64,000 nucleotides of DNA from Acidobacteriota bacterium (lineage in GTDB: Bacteria; Acidobacteriota; Thermoanaerobaculia; Thermoanaerobaculales; Sulfomarinibacteraceae), in NCBI GenBank assembly GCA_024641545.1, contig JAHECW010000003.1, positions 1,951 to 65,950 on the forward strand, in the 5' to 3' direction. Both the position numbers and the translations under genes were made by a program. The notes below the pieces were generated by a model. It made no database searches and was not told the origin of the DNA. It saw only the letters and a program-made list of their open reading frames with translations. This document shows, one piece after another, positions 31,255 to 41,340 of the stretch (position 1 is the stretch's first letter; the number at the start of each line of letters is the position of its first letter).

Positions 31255-33441
31255 ATGCCCCAACCGCTCCTTGAGATCCTCCAACAGCTCCACCGCGGCC
31301 TCGGCGATGACGGTCCCGGGGCCGAAGATATGGCCGGCGCCGGCTTCTCGGAGGGCCTCGTAGTCCTGGGGTGGGATCACCCCGCCGACAACGATGATGA
31401 TGTCCGACCGGCCGAGCGCGTCGAGGGCCTTCTTGAGCTCGGGGATGAGGGTCAGGTGGCCCGCGGCGAGGGAGGAGACCCCGACCACGTGGACGTCGTT
31501 CTCGACGGCCTGGCGGGCGGCCTCCCCGGGGGTGGAGAACATCGGACCGACATCGACATCGAAGCCGAGATCGGCGAACGCCGTGGCGATGACTTTTTGA
31601 CCCCGGTCGTGGCCGTCCTGACCGACCTTGGCGACCAGAATCCGCGGCCGGCGTCCCTCGAGCTCGGCGAGCTCGTCGGTGAGTCGGCGGGCCTCGCTGA
31701 CGTTTGCCATGCCATCTCCCACTTCGTTCCTGTAGACGCCGCTGATCGAGCGGATCACCGCCCGGTGGCGTCCGTAGACCTTTTCCAAAGCGTAGCTCAT
31801 CTCGCCGACGGTGGCGTTGACGCGTGCGGCTTCGATGCTGAGGGCGAGGAGGTTGCCCTCGCCGGTCTCGGCGGCCGCGGTGAGGGCGTCGAGGGCGGCC
31901 TCGACGGCGGCGCCGTCGCGTTCGGCGCGCAGCGCTCCGAGGCGGGCGACCTGGGCCTTGAGAACCGCCGAGTTGTCGACCTTGAGGACATCGATCTCCT
32001 CCTCGTGGTCGAGGGGGAAGCGGTTGAGTCCGACGATGGACTGGCGGCCCGAATCGATCCTGGCCTGGGTGCGGGCGGCGGCCTCTTCGATCCGCATCTT
32101 GGGCAGACCCGAAGAGATCGCCTTGGCCATCCCGCCGAGCTCCTCGATCTCGGCGATGTGCGTCCAGGCGCGCTCGGCGAGCTCGTGGGTCAGGCGTTCG
32201 ACGTAGTACGAGCCGCCCCACGGATCGGCGACGCGGCAGATCCCGGTCTCCTCCTGGAGTTGGATCTGGGTGTTGCGGGCGATCCGCGCGGAGAAGTCGG
32301 TCGGCAGGGCGAGGGCCTCGTCGAGCGAGTTGGTGTGCAGCGACTGGGTGTGGCCCATGGTCGCGGCCAGGGCCTCGAGACAGGTCCGGGCGATGTTGTT
32401 GAACGGATCCTGCGCGGTGAGGCTCCAGCCCGATGTCTGCGAGTGGGTGCGCAGCATCATGGACTTCGGGTCCTCGGCGCCGAGGGTCTTCATGATCTTC
32501 GCCCACAGCAGCCGCGCCGCGCGGAGCTTGGCGATCTCCATGAAGACGTTCATCCCGATCGCCCAGAAGAACGAGATCCTCGGGGCGAAGGCGTCGATGT
32601 CGAGACCCGATGCCTTGCCGGTGCGGACGTACTCGATGCCGTCGGCGAGGGTGTAGCCGAGCTCGAGATCGAGGGTTGCCCCGGCCTCCTGCATGTGGTA
32701 GCCGGAGATCGAGATCGAGTTGAAGCGCGGCATCGCCTCCGAGGTGTAGCGGAAGATGTCGGCGACGATCCGCATCGAGGGCTCGGGGGGGTAGATATAG
32801 GTGTTGCGGACCATGAACTCCTTGAGGATGTCGTTCTGGATGGTCCCGGCGAGGTGTTCGGGCGCGACGCCCTGTTCCTCAGCGGCGATGACATAGAGCG
32901 CCATCACCGGCAGCACCGCGCCGTTCATGGTCATGGAGACGCTGACCTGGTCGAGGGGGATGCCGTCGAAGAGGATCCGCATGTCCTTGATCGAGTCGAT
33001 GGCGACCCCGGCCATCCCGACGTCGCCGCGCACGCGCTCGTTGTCCGAGTCGTAGCCGCGGTGGGTGGCGAGATCGAAGGCGATGGACAACCCCTTCTGC
33101 CCGGCAGCCAGATTGCGGCGGTAGAAGGCGTTGGAGTCCTCGGCGGTGGAGAACCCGGCGTACTGGCGGATGGTCCACGGACGGCTGGCGTACATGGTGG
33201 GGTAGGGGCCGCGGTGGAACGGCGCCAACCCGGGAAGATATCCGAGGTGGTCGAGACCCTCGAGATCCGCGGCGTCGTAGAGGGGTTTGACCGGGATGCC
33301 CTCGGGGGTCTGCCAGAGGAGCTCGTCGGGATCGCGGCCGGTGGCGACTCGGACCGCGTCCTCCCAGGCCGGCCGCGAACCCTGCGCGCGGCGATCGGTG
33401 AGGTCGATCTTGCTGAAGTCGGGGAAGCGCTTCTCAGACAT
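31252..33441 (-). CDS. mutB: methylmalonyl-CoA mutase large (alpha) subunit
   Basis: 729 aa from [48 protein letters not shown] and the B12-binding GQDGHDRG. The start overlaps the mutA stop by 8 nt. Confidence 0.95.
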   Translation of the reverse strand: MSEKRFPDFSKIDLTDRRAQGSRPAWEDAVRVATGRDPDELLWQTPEGIPVKPLYDAADLEGLDHLGYLPGLAPFHRGPYPTMYASRPWTIRQYAGFSTAEDSNAFYRRNLAAGQKGLSIAFDLATHRGYDSDNERVRGDVGMAGVAIDSIKDMRILFDGIPLDQVSVSMTMNGAVLPVMALYVIAAEEQGVAPEHLAGTIQNDILKEFMVRNTYIYPPEPSMRIVADIFRYTSEAMPRFNSISISGYHMQEAGATLDLELGYTLADGIEYVRTGKASGLDIDAFAPRISFFWAIGMNVFMEIAKLRAARLLWAKIMKTLGAEDPKSMMLRTHSQTSGWSLTAQDPFNNIARTCLEALAATMGHTQSLHTNSLDEALALPTDFSARIARNTQIQLQEETGICRVADPWGGSYYVERLTHELAERAWTHIAEIEELGGMAKAISSGLPKMRIEEAAARTQARIDSGRQSIVGLNRFPLDHEEEIDVLKVDNSAVLKAQVARLGALRAERDGAAVEAALDALTAAAETGEGNLLALSIEAARVNATVGEMSYALEKVYGRHRAVIRSISGVYRNEVGDGMANVSEARRLTDELAELEGRRPRILVAKVGQDGHDRGQKVIATAFADLGFDVDVGPMFSTPGEAARQAVENDVHVVGVSSLAAGHLTLIPELKKALDALGRSDIIIVVGGVIPPQDYEALREAGAGHIFGPGTVIAEAAVELLEDLKERLGH

Positions 33442-35536
33442 GGAGCACCCCCTCCTCCTCGAGCAGATCGACCAGCATCCGGTACCAGTCGCAGCCGATG
33501 TGGATGAACCCCGTGACACCGGCTTCGCGCCAGCCTTCCTCGTGCTCGCCGGGTTTGCCGGCCACCAGGATGGTGCGCGCACCCCGTTCCTCCAGCGTCC
33601 GAGCGAGCTCGGGGACGAGATCGGGGTAGCGGGCGTCGGACGAGCAGATGACCGCCATCGCGGTGCCCGCGGCCGAAAACGCTTCGGCGGCCTCGGTGGC
33701 GGTACTGAACCCCCCATTCCCCACGGTTTCGATCCCTCCCGCCTCGAAGAAGTTGGTGGCGAAGGTGGATCGGGGCTTGTGGTCGGGGACGGGACCCATG
33801 TTGGCGAGGAAGATCCGTGGGCGGACACCCTTGTCTTCGAGCCACACATCGGAGGCGTCGCGGAGGCTCTCGAAGATTTCGCCGTCGCGGTGGGCGGCGA
33901 GGGGCCGCATCGATGTCGCTTGCCGGGTGGCGCGGAGGGCGGCGGTCAACTGGACCACGGTGGCGCCGGCCGCGGCGGCATCGATGGCGAGCTCGAAGAC
34001 CGAACCGTCGCCGGTGGGTGAGTTGGCGGCCGTGAAAAGCCGGGCGAGCTGGCTCGTCGGAGCCTCGCCGGCGGGCGCCGCCGGCTCCGGCAACGAGGGG
34101 GTTGGACGCTGGAGCGACGTTTCGGCGAGGTTCGGGAACGAGCTCACACCGGTCACGGGTTCGCGTCGGGTCGCGATCAGCCGCTTTCGGGCTGCGTGCG
34201 ATCGCTGGAGCTCGTCGGCGATGCCGCCGTCGTGCAGGGCGGCGATGATCCCACCCCCGGCCTCGATGGCCTGGAAGCGCTTCCACGCGGCGTGGGCGAG
34301 CTCGTCGGTGAGCTTTTCGAGGTGCCACGACCCGCCGCCCGGATCGACCACCCGGCCGATGTGGCTCTCCTCGCGCAGAATCGTCTGGCTGTTGGTCGCG
34401 ATGCGGCGGGCGAGATCCTCGGGTTGGCCGATGGCGGCGTCGAAGGGCAGGACGGTGAGCAGGTCGGCGCCCCCCACCGCCGCGGCAAAGGCGCCGACGG
34501 TGGTCCGCAGGCAGTTGACCCAGGGATCACGGGTCGTCAGCGTCCGCGGCGAGGCGACGGCGTGGATCGGCGCCGCCCGGTCCTCCTCGGCCACGCCGCA
34601 GGCGCCGGCGGCGCGTGCCCAGAGTCGTCGGCAGGCCCGGAGCTTGGCCGCCTCCATGAAGAGATCGCGACCCACGGCGTGGCGGAAACCGATCTGACGG
34701 CAGACCACGCCCGGCTCGAAACCGCGACCGGTCAGGAAGCGGAGATACTCGATCCCGGTCGCCAGGGCATAGGCGAGCTCCTGGACCGCGCTGGCGCCGG
34801 CCATGTGATAGGGCAGGGTGCTGATGGTGATGGTGCGCAGCTCCGGGGCCCGCTTCTCGGCCCAGCGTGCGATCTCGGCCAGAAGATCGAGACTGCCGTC
34901 GAGGCCCAGCGGGAGCGCGCCGTCGGCGGCGAGGGCGGCGAGGGGGTCGCAGTCGAGGCTGCCCAGGAGCTGTCGGGGTTCGATTTCGCCACCGCGGGCG
35001 GCGGCGACGATGATTGCGGCAACGGCGGCGGAACTGCCGCCGGCAGTGAGGTGAATCGGCGTGGTCGGGAGGTCGACGCGCTCGAGGAACGGATCCAGAT
35101 CGCGAACCGAGGTCAGCCGGATTCCATCCCCCGGGATGGGATCGGCGTGGTCGGCGGCGGTGCGGGTGGCGGGGTCGAAGACCAGCCAGAGGGAATTCGC
35201 ACCCCGGCCGAGCTCTTCCCTTGCCTGCCGGGCGGCAACCTCGGGGTTCGGGTGGCCGATCCGTTGGCAGACGTCCCAGCCACCGGCGCCGGGGCCGAGG
35301 GCGGTGCGACCGCGGACAAAGGGCTGCCGGCCGGGATAGCCCGGATCGCCATTCGTGTCGGCCGCGGTGGCCAGCGGCGCGATCTCGATGCCTTCGTGGG
35401 TCTCGACCGTCAGCCGCTCGAGCGGTCGACCCTTGAGACTGGCCTCGGCGATCCGGCGCCAGTCGCCCGGCGAGGGCCGGTCGAAGAGCTCTTCCAGGGT
35501 TGGGAGCTCGGTCAGGGTGGGGTCCGATGATGCCAT
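33434..35536 (-). CDS. mutA: methylmalonyl-CoA mutase small (beta) subunit
   Basis: 700 aa, collinear with MutA (no DxHxxG His ligand). RBS CCGGAGGAC precedes the ATG. Confidence 0.85.
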   Translation of the reverse strand: MASSDPTLTELPTLEELFDRPSPGDWRRIAEASLKGRPLERLTVETHEGIEIAPLATAADTNGDPGYPGRQPFVRGRTALGPGAGGWDVCQRIGHPNPEVAARQAREELGRGANSLWLVFDPATRTAADHADPIPGDGIRLTSVRDLDPFLERVDLPTTPIHLTAGGSSAAVAAIIVAAARGGEIEPRQLLGSLDCDPLAALAADGALPLGLDGSLDLLAEIARWAEKRAPELRTITISTLPYHMAGASAVQELAYALATGIEYLRFLTGRGFEPGVVCRQIGFRHAVGRDLFMEAAKLRACRRLWARAAGACGVAEEDRAAPIHAVASPRTLTTRDPWVNCLRTTVGAFAAAVGGADLLTVLPFDAAIGQPEDLARRIATNSQTILREESHIGRVVDPGGGSWHLEKLTDELAHAAWKRFQAIEAGGGIIAALHDGGIADELQRSHAARKRLIATRREPVTGVSSFPNLAETSLQRPTPSLPEPAAPAGEAPTSQLARLFTAANSPTGDGSVFELAIDAAAAGATVVQLTAALRATRQATSMRPLAAHRDGEIFESLRDASDVWLEDKGVRPRIFLANMGPVPDHKPRSTFATNFFEAGGIETVGNGGFSTATEAAEAFSAAGTAMAVICSSDARYPDLVPELARTLEERGARTILVAGKPGEHEEGWREAGVTGFIHIGCDWYRMLVDLLEEEGVLHV

Positions 35537-35841
35537 GGGTCCTCCGGTGGGCGCTGCCGTTGGGGATCATAACGTATGTCGGGACGAGGTCGGAGCGGGG
35601 AGGGCTTCCGCTTCGCCGCTCGAGTTGTCGCTCGTGACCATGCATCTGTCGCGTCTGTCCATGGTGAGGTCGACCGACCGACAGTATCCTTGGAAAGGTT
35701 CGGATGTTCAGGAAAGCCACTTGGGCCGGGCCCTGGAGTTCCGGAATTGAGCCGCACGGGCGGCGACCGCGTTTTCCACTTGGGGCCGAGTCCGCAACGC
35801 GTCGATCTCTTTATCGACGTCGAGGGGAAGGAGCTCTCAGT

Positions 35842-37485
35842 ATGAATCGAACGATCCCTGTCACATCACGCGTGGTGTTGATCATCGTCGCATTGGCAGT
35901 GCTGCCGGGAACGGCGAGGGGAGAAACAACGGACATCGACGGTGGCGCGCTCACGTTCGAAGACGCGGGACGATTCGACTCTCCGTTCAAGGCGGTGGAT
36001 CCTGCATCCCGGCTCCCGGAGCGCGTGGTCGATCCGTCGTCGGTGAGGCCGTATCTCGTGCCCGAACACATCCGATCCGTCAGGGGCGCCTCCCCCGGCT
36101 CGGGCTCGGAAATGCTCAAGCAGCTCGAGCCTGAGCTGCGGGACAATGCCCTGATCGATCTCGAGTTGTTCGGCGATCCCGATCAGGTCCATCTTCTGCA
36201 GGCCGCCAACGTGGAAGAGCTGTGGAATGCCGGAAGCCACCGGGAGGCCGTCGAAAGCCTCGACGAGCTCGAAGCTTCGGGTTCGATCTTCGCGGTGGGT
36301 CTCTCCTGGAAACGTCCGATCGTAGTCGACACCAAGATGGTGTATCCGGATGTCCGGATCGGCAGCCGGACCGATGGCGCCGACGCCGCGCTCGATTTCG
36401 ACGCCGAAACCGGCAACATCTTCGCGATGATCGTCTGGAACGTCGGTTGGTCGATGAACATCTCGACGGACGGCGGCGCGAGCTGGGCCGAAACGTACTA
36501 TTACAGCGGGTATCAAACGATCGCCGACATGACGGTGTCCGGCGATTTCGCGTGGGTCGGTTACAGCGCCGACGCCGACGCCTACCACTCGTCCCGGTTC
36601 CGTCGGTTCGACGTCGCAACCGGTCTTCACGACGACGTCTACAGCTTCCAAATCGTCGCCGACGAAGCCCCCAATACCATGGTCGAGATCGCGGTTGTGG
36701 GAAACGCGCCCGACCTGGACAACCGTATCTACATCGCCTACCTCCTGGACGAGGACAACAGCATCCACTTCTGGTGGGCATACATCGAAGGCCTGTCGTT
36801 CCACGAGATCTCGCCCGCGGTCACCGATGCGGCATCGAGCCTCGACCTGTGCTGGAATCCAGCCACCTCGAGCGGGTACCGGCGGTGGATTTCGTATCTT
36901 TCGACCGGCGGTTCCGTCCGAATCTGGCGCAGCTCCGGGGATGCATGGAACCCCGAGGTGTCATGGACCTACACCGGCACCACGGAGCGAACCGCGATTT
37001 CCGCCTACGCCGATAACGTGTACTGTGCGTTCGAGTGCGAAACCGATCCGGACAAGTACGGGGCCTGCTACCTGTCCAGCTCCGACGCCGGCGTCACCTC
37101 CTGGGTTCACGACGACGCCTACTGGCCGACAGGAACCGAGGTGAGCGGTTACTCCCCCGACATCACCGTGCGCTCGGGCGTCGGCAGGGCGCTCGTCTTC
37201 AGCTCCGAGACCGGCTTTCTCGACGATGTGTACTACACCACTCGCCGAGGTTGGACCGCGGGAACGTGGTCCGACCCGGTGTGGTACAACAACTATGATC
37301 ACGTCTCGGGCGAGGCGACCTACATCGAGTGGCTCGGAGCGAGCTGCGTCTCGACCTTCGGGATGCTCTACTTCGATGGAACGGGTGATCATTCGCCCTA
37401 CTTCGATCTCATGACCCCGCGGGGCTATTTCTGCGACGGCTTTGAAGGCGGGTCCACCGGCGGCTGGAGTTCGGTGCTGCCGTAG
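35842..37485 (+). CDS. secreted BNR/Asp-box beta-propeller-like protein
   Basis: Start at MNRTIPVTSRVVLIIVALAVLPGTARG (signal peptide) with GGAAGGAG upstream. Asp-box STDGGASW. C-terminal tail YFCDGFEGGSTGGWSSVLP. Confidence 0.75.
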   Translation: MNRTIPVTSRVVLIIVALAVLPGTARGETTDIDGGALTFEDAGRFDSPFKAVDPASRLPERVVDPSSVRPYLVPEHIRSVRGASPGSGSEMLKQLEPELRDNALIDLELFGDPDQVHLLQAANVEELWNAGSHREAVESLDELEASGSIFAVGLSWKRPIVVDTKMVYPDVRIGSRTDGADAALDFDAETGNIFAMIVWNVGWSMNISTDGGASWAETYYYSGYQTIADMTVSGDFAWVGYSADADAYHSSRFRRFDVATGLHDDVYSFQIVADEAPNTMVEIAVVGNAPDLDNRIYIAYLLDEDNSIHFWWAYIEGLSFHEISPAVTDAASSLDLCWNPATSSGYRRWISYLSTGGSVRIWRSSGDAWNPEVSWTYTGTTERTAISAYADNVYCAFECETDPDKYGACYLSSSDAGVTSWVHDDAYWPTGTEVSGYSPDITVRSGVGRALVFSSETGFLDDVYYTTRRGWTAGTWSDPVWYNNYDHVSGEATYIEWLGASCVSTFGMLYFDGTGDHSPYFDLMTPRGYFCDGFEGGSTGGWSSVLP

Positions 37486-37605
37486 GTGCCGAAGAGCGAT
37501 GCAGGCCGGCATCGCGATGACGAGCAGGGCCGTCGCAATTGAGAGTGGTTTGCGGCTGGACGGTCGCCGTCGGCGAACGGCCGACGCCTGAGATCGAGGA
37601 CGGTT

Positions 37606-37750
37606 TGTCGGGACAGGGAGGGGGAAGATCATCGGGCACGGAAGCGGAAACGGACGCGGCCGCTGCCGCTGTCCCAGTCGGTGTCCCAGTCGGTGTCCCA
37701 GTCGCTGTCCCTGCCGCGGACGCGGGCATGGGAGGGGGAGGGCAAGGGGG
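37606..37750. repeat. hexamer-periodic array with G-tract ends
   Basis: GGAAGC GGAAAC GGACGC GGCCGC TGCCGC (TGTCCC AGTCGG)x3 ... CTGCCGCGGACGCGGGCATGGGAGGGGGAGGGCAAGGGGGG. It shares the GCCGCGGACGCGG end with the arrays at 42706-42812 and 49966-50050. Confidence 0.8.
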
Positions 37751-37751
37751 G

Positions 37752-38363
37752 TTAGCGGTAATCCGGAAACCAACACGACACGATGGTGCCGCCGCCGGGT
37801 CGATGCTGCAGGCTGATGCGGCCGCCGTGGCCTTCGACGATCTCGCGGCACAGCGCGAGGCCGAGCCCGCTGCCCGTTTTCTTGGTCGAGTAGAAGGGCA
37901 GCAAGGCTCGCTTCATGGTTTCCTCGTCCATGCCCCAGCCGCGGTCGAGGACTTGAACGCAGATGGGATCGGCGTGGTCGGCGTCGGTGCGGGTGGCGGG
38001 GTCGAAGACCAGCCAGAGCGAATTCGCACCCCGGCCAAGCTCTTCCCTTGCCTGCCGGGCGGCAACCTCGGGGTTCGGGTGGCCGATCCGTTGGCAGACC
38101 TCCCAGCCACCGGCGCCGGGACCGAGGGCGGTGCGACCGCGGACAAAGGGCTGCCGGCCGGGATAGCCCGGATCGCCATTCGTGTCGGCCGCGGTGGCCA
38201 GCGGCGCGATCTCGATTCCCTCGTGGGTCTCGACCGTCAGCCGCTCGAGCGGGCGGCCCTTGAGGCTGGCCTCGGCAATTCGGCGCCAGTCGTCGAGCGA
38301 CGGCCGGTCAAAGAGCTCTTCAAGGGTGGGGAGCTCGGTCAAGGTGGGGTCCGAAGAAGCCAT
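37752..38363 (-). CDS. chimeric ORF: MutA N-terminal copy fused in frame to a histidine-kinase C-terminal (G2-box) copy
   Basis: 203 aa. Residues 1-~147 are near identical to MutA (33434-35536) residues 1-147. The last ~57 aa are near identical to the C-terminus of the HK at 41341-42816. No internal stop, and the RBS is duplicated. Confidence 0.5.
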   Translation of the reverse strand: MASSDPTLTELPTLEELFDRPSLDDWRRIAEASLKGRPLERLTVETHEGIEIAPLATAADTNGDPGYPGRQPFVRGRTALGPGAGGWEVCQRIGHPNPEVAARQAREELGRGANSLWLVFDPATRTDADHADPICVQVLDRGWGMDEETMKRALLPFYSTKKTGSGLGLALCREIVEGHGGRISLQHRPGGGTIVSCWFPDYR

Positions 38364-38463
38364 GGTTCCTCCGGGTGGGGAGTCCACCCGGGGCTTATGC
38401 TACCGCAATCCCTTCGGCGCCACCGGCCGAAGCGGTCAGCCGATGAAATCTGCGGGATCCCGT

Positions 38464-39213
38464 TCAGTCGTTTTCGAAGAGCCGGGAGGAGAAGAGGTGC
38501 ATGCGGGCCAGGCGAAAACTCAGGGCCGTGCCGAGGCAGCCGAAACCGTATTTCACCGAGCGGAAGAAGTTGATTGACGAAGCGTCCCGGGCGTACCGGG
38601 TCGGACAGCTGATCTCCGCGATGAAGGTTCTTTTATAGAGGATCTGAGCCAAGATCTGGTTGTCGAACACGAAGTCGTCCGATCCCCGGTTGATCGGGAG
38701 GGACTCGAGCAATTCCCGGGAGAACGCACGGTACCCGGTGTGGAACTCCGACAAGTTGGCGTTCATCAGAAGGTTTTCGAAGATGGTGAGGAAGCGGTTC
38801 GAGACATAGCGCCACGGCGGCATTCCTCCGAGCATGGCGCCGCCGCCGAGGATGCGCGAGCCGAGAACGCAATGGTAGAGCCCGTTGCCGATCAGCGCAA
38901 CCATGGCGGGGATCAACTTCGGGGTGTACTGATAGTCCGGGTGGACCATGATGACGATGTCCGCTCCCTGTTCCAGCGCCAGCCGATAGCAGGTCTTCTG
39001 GTTCGCACCGTAACCGAGGTTTTTCTCATGGGTCACGACCAAGGTGTTGTCGAGGTCGCGGGCGATGTCAACGGTTCGGTCTTCACTGGCGTCGTCGACG
39101 ACGATCACCAGATCGACCACTCCCTGTTCGAGAACCTCGCGATGGCAGGTCTCGAGGGTCCCGGCTGCGTTGTATGCGGGCATCACCACCACGACCCGCT
39201 GACCTTTGAACAT
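38464..39213 (-). CDS. glycosyltransferase family 2
   Basis: 249 aa. VVVVMPAYNAAGTL, VVDDASEDRT and NLGYGANQK are typical GT-A/GT2 motifs. Confidence 0.85.
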   Translation of the reverse strand: MFKGQRVVVVMPAYNAAGTLETCHREVLEQGVVDLVIVVDDASEDRTVDIARDLDNTLVVTHEKNLGYGANQKTCYRLALEQGADIVIMVHPDYQYTPKLIPAMVALIGNGLYHCVLGSRILGGGAMLGGMPPWRYVSNRFLTIFENLLMNANLSEFHTGYRAFSRELLESLPINRGSDDFVFDNQILAQILYKRTFIAEISCPTRYARDASSINFFRSVKYGFGCLGTALSFRLARMHLFSSRLFEND

Positions 39214-39226
39214 GATCTCCCCCGGT

Positions 39227-41236
39227 TTAGGGCCATTCCCCCTGATTCACCGCGCCGGTCGTGTCCGGCGATCGCAAGCGCTCCTGGAGCTGCAGGTTCC
39301 GTGGATTCCCGGGCTCGAGCTTGCGAGCCCGCCCGAGCGTCGCCTCCGCCTCGTCGCGCCTGCCCGAGTCCAACAGGGCGATCGTCAGTCCTCGCCACGA
39401 CGGGGCGTGGCCAGGATCGATCGTGGTTGCACGCCGAAAACTCTCGATCGCGAGATCGAAGTGACCGAGCCTGCTTTGTGCCAGCCCGCAGTTGAAGTTG
39501 ATGTTGAGATCGGACGACTCGGCGGCTTCGGTTGCGCACAGCACCTCGGCGGCGGCATCGGGTTCCTGCCTTCGCAAGAGCTCGACTCCGAGGTTGTTGC
39601 GGGCTGGAATGAAACCGGGATCGCCGGCGAGCACTTCGCGGTAGTTGCGGATCGCCTGCTCGACGTCGCCGAGATCCCGGTACGCGTTGCCGAGGTTGAA
39701 GACGATGAGGGGCAGGTCCGGTTGCAGCCGGCGGGCCAGGTTGTAGGCCTCGATGGCCTTCTGCGGCTGACCCATCGCCATCTGCGACTTGCCGAGCAGC
39801 ACCGCCGACGCGTGTTGGGTCGGGTTGATCTCCAACGACCTGGCCGCATGGCGGGCGGCCTCTTCCGGATGGCCGTTGTCGATCAGTATCTCGGCGTAGT
39901 TCGTGTGGGCGACCCAGTTGTTCTCTGTCGCTTCGAGCGCCTGACGGTACAAGGTCTCGCTGTTTTTCCAGGTCGCCGTTTGACGCCATGCCAGCGCTGC
40001 GTACAGGACGACGACAACCGCAACCGTTGTCGTGATCGCGAATCGCAGCTGCGGCCGGTGGGCCACGAGATCGACGAGCCCCCATGCCAGCATCAGCCAC
40101 AGACCGATCTGGGGAAGATAGGAGTATCTGTCAGCCATGGCCTGGGAACCCACCTGCACGAGCCCGATCACCGGCAGCAGGGTGCCCATGAACCAGAACC
40201 AGCCGACGGCCAGGTACGGACGAGGTCGAACCTGCCGGAGCACGGCCGCCGTCACTGTGACCAGCAGTGCGCCGGCCGCCGCTGCCTGCCACCACGGGGT
40301 GCCGTTCACCGGGTGCGGGTAGAAGACCGCGAGATTGGTGGGAAACAGGGACTTGAGGATATACCCGACCCAGGCGACCGGAGCGTTGCTGAGGCGGGCC
40401 GAGAACGGCAGCTCCGACAGACCACCGAGAGCGCCGCGTTGGGCGATCATCGTGACCGCGCTCGAGGCGAGCGCCATCATCAGCAACGGCAGCTTTTCCA
40501 GGGCGAGGGGAAGACCACGACCCTCCGACGCATCGCCGAGCTGAAACCTCTGCAGAGGCCAGAAGTCGAGGAGAAGCAGAACAAAGGGGAGGGTGACCAG
40601 CATCGGTTTGGCCATCAGGCCGAGGGCGAAGAGGGCCGCCACCACCACATATCGTCCGGCTCCGGGACTCTTGACGTACCGGTTCCAGGCCAGGAGTACG
40701 GCCATGGAGAGCATCACCGACAGCACGTCTTTTCGTTCTGAAACCCAGGCGACGGACTCGGCCCGCATGGGATGGATCGCAAACAGCACCGCCACCAGCG
40801 CGCTCGGCCAAACCGACCCGGTCATGCGGCAGAGGGCGACGAAGAGGAGGACGACGCCGAGCGCGTGCAACGCCATGTTGGTGAGGTGGTGCTTGCCGGC
40901 GTCCAGACCGAAGAGCTGGCAGTCCACCATGTGGGAAATCCAGGTCAGGGGATGCCAGTTGTCGGCGTGGAACGAGGTGAAGGCCCAACGAAGCCCTTCC
41001 ACGCTCAGACCCCGTTGGACGATCGGGTTCTCGGTGACGTAGATCGGATCGTCAAACGTGACGAAACTGAAGTCGGCGGTCTGGGCGAAGACGATCACCA
41101 CTGCGAGCACCAGTCCGGCCGCCGTCATCGCGATCGTTCGTGGCAAGGTCGAAGCGTGGCCTCGAGACTGTGCTGGCTGAGCCGGCGGTCGATCCGGAGC
41201 TTTTCGGTTCTTTCGGAGTCGCCGATTCTTGCCCAT
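39227..41236 (-). CDS. TMTC-like membrane O-mannosyltransferase-type protein with C-terminal TPR repeats
   Basis: 669 aa. The N-terminal polytopic domain (FVTFDDPIYVTENP...HADNWHPLTW...) resembles PMT_2/DUF1736. The C-terminal ~280 aa are TPR repeats. Confidence 0.75.
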   Translation of the reverse strand: MGKNRRLRKNRKAPDRPPAQPAQSRGHASTLPRTIAMTAAGLVLAVVIVFAQTADFSFVTFDDPIYVTENPIVQRGLSVEGLRWAFTSFHADNWHPLTWISHMVDCQLFGLDAGKHHLTNMALHALGVVLLFVALCRMTGSVWPSALVAVLFAIHPMRAESVAWVSERKDVLSVMLSMAVLLAWNRYVKSPGAGRYVVVAALFALGLMAKPMLVTLPFVLLLLDFWPLQRFQLGDASEGRGLPLALEKLPLLMMALASSAVTMIAQRGALGGLSELPFSARLSNAPVAWVGYILKSLFPTNLAVFYPHPVNGTPWWQAAAAGALLVTVTAAVLRQVRPRPYLAVGWFWFMGTLLPVIGLVQVGSQAMADRYSYLPQIGLWLMLAWGLVDLVAHRPQLRFAITTTVAVVVVLYAALAWRQTATWKNSETLYRQALEATENNWVAHTNYAEILIDNGHPEEAARHAARSLEINPTQHASAVLLGKSQMAMGQPQKAIEAYNLARRLQPDLPLIVFNLGNAYRDLGDVEQAIRNYREVLAGDPGFIPARNNLGVELLRRQEPDAAAEVLCATEAAESSDLNINFNCGLAQSRLGHFDLAIESFRRATTIDPGHAPSWRGLTIALLDSGRRDEAEATLGRARKLEPGNPRNLQLQERLRSPDTTGAVNQGEWP

Positions 41237-41340
41237 GGCAGGATTCTACCTGGTCCCACTCATGCGAAACGAAGGGAAGCGGCAGGCTTTGGATGCTCCG
41301 ATCCGGCGTTGCTTTCAGGCGCTCCGCGACACGTCCCCCG

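Noticed and set aside
35537-35720. Cobalamin riboswitch upstream of mutA
   Set aside because: I looked for a B12 box (GCCACTG-like) in the minus-strand leader and found none. The only GCCACTT lies on the opposite strand. This cannot be excluded without cmsearch, but there is no positive evidence.
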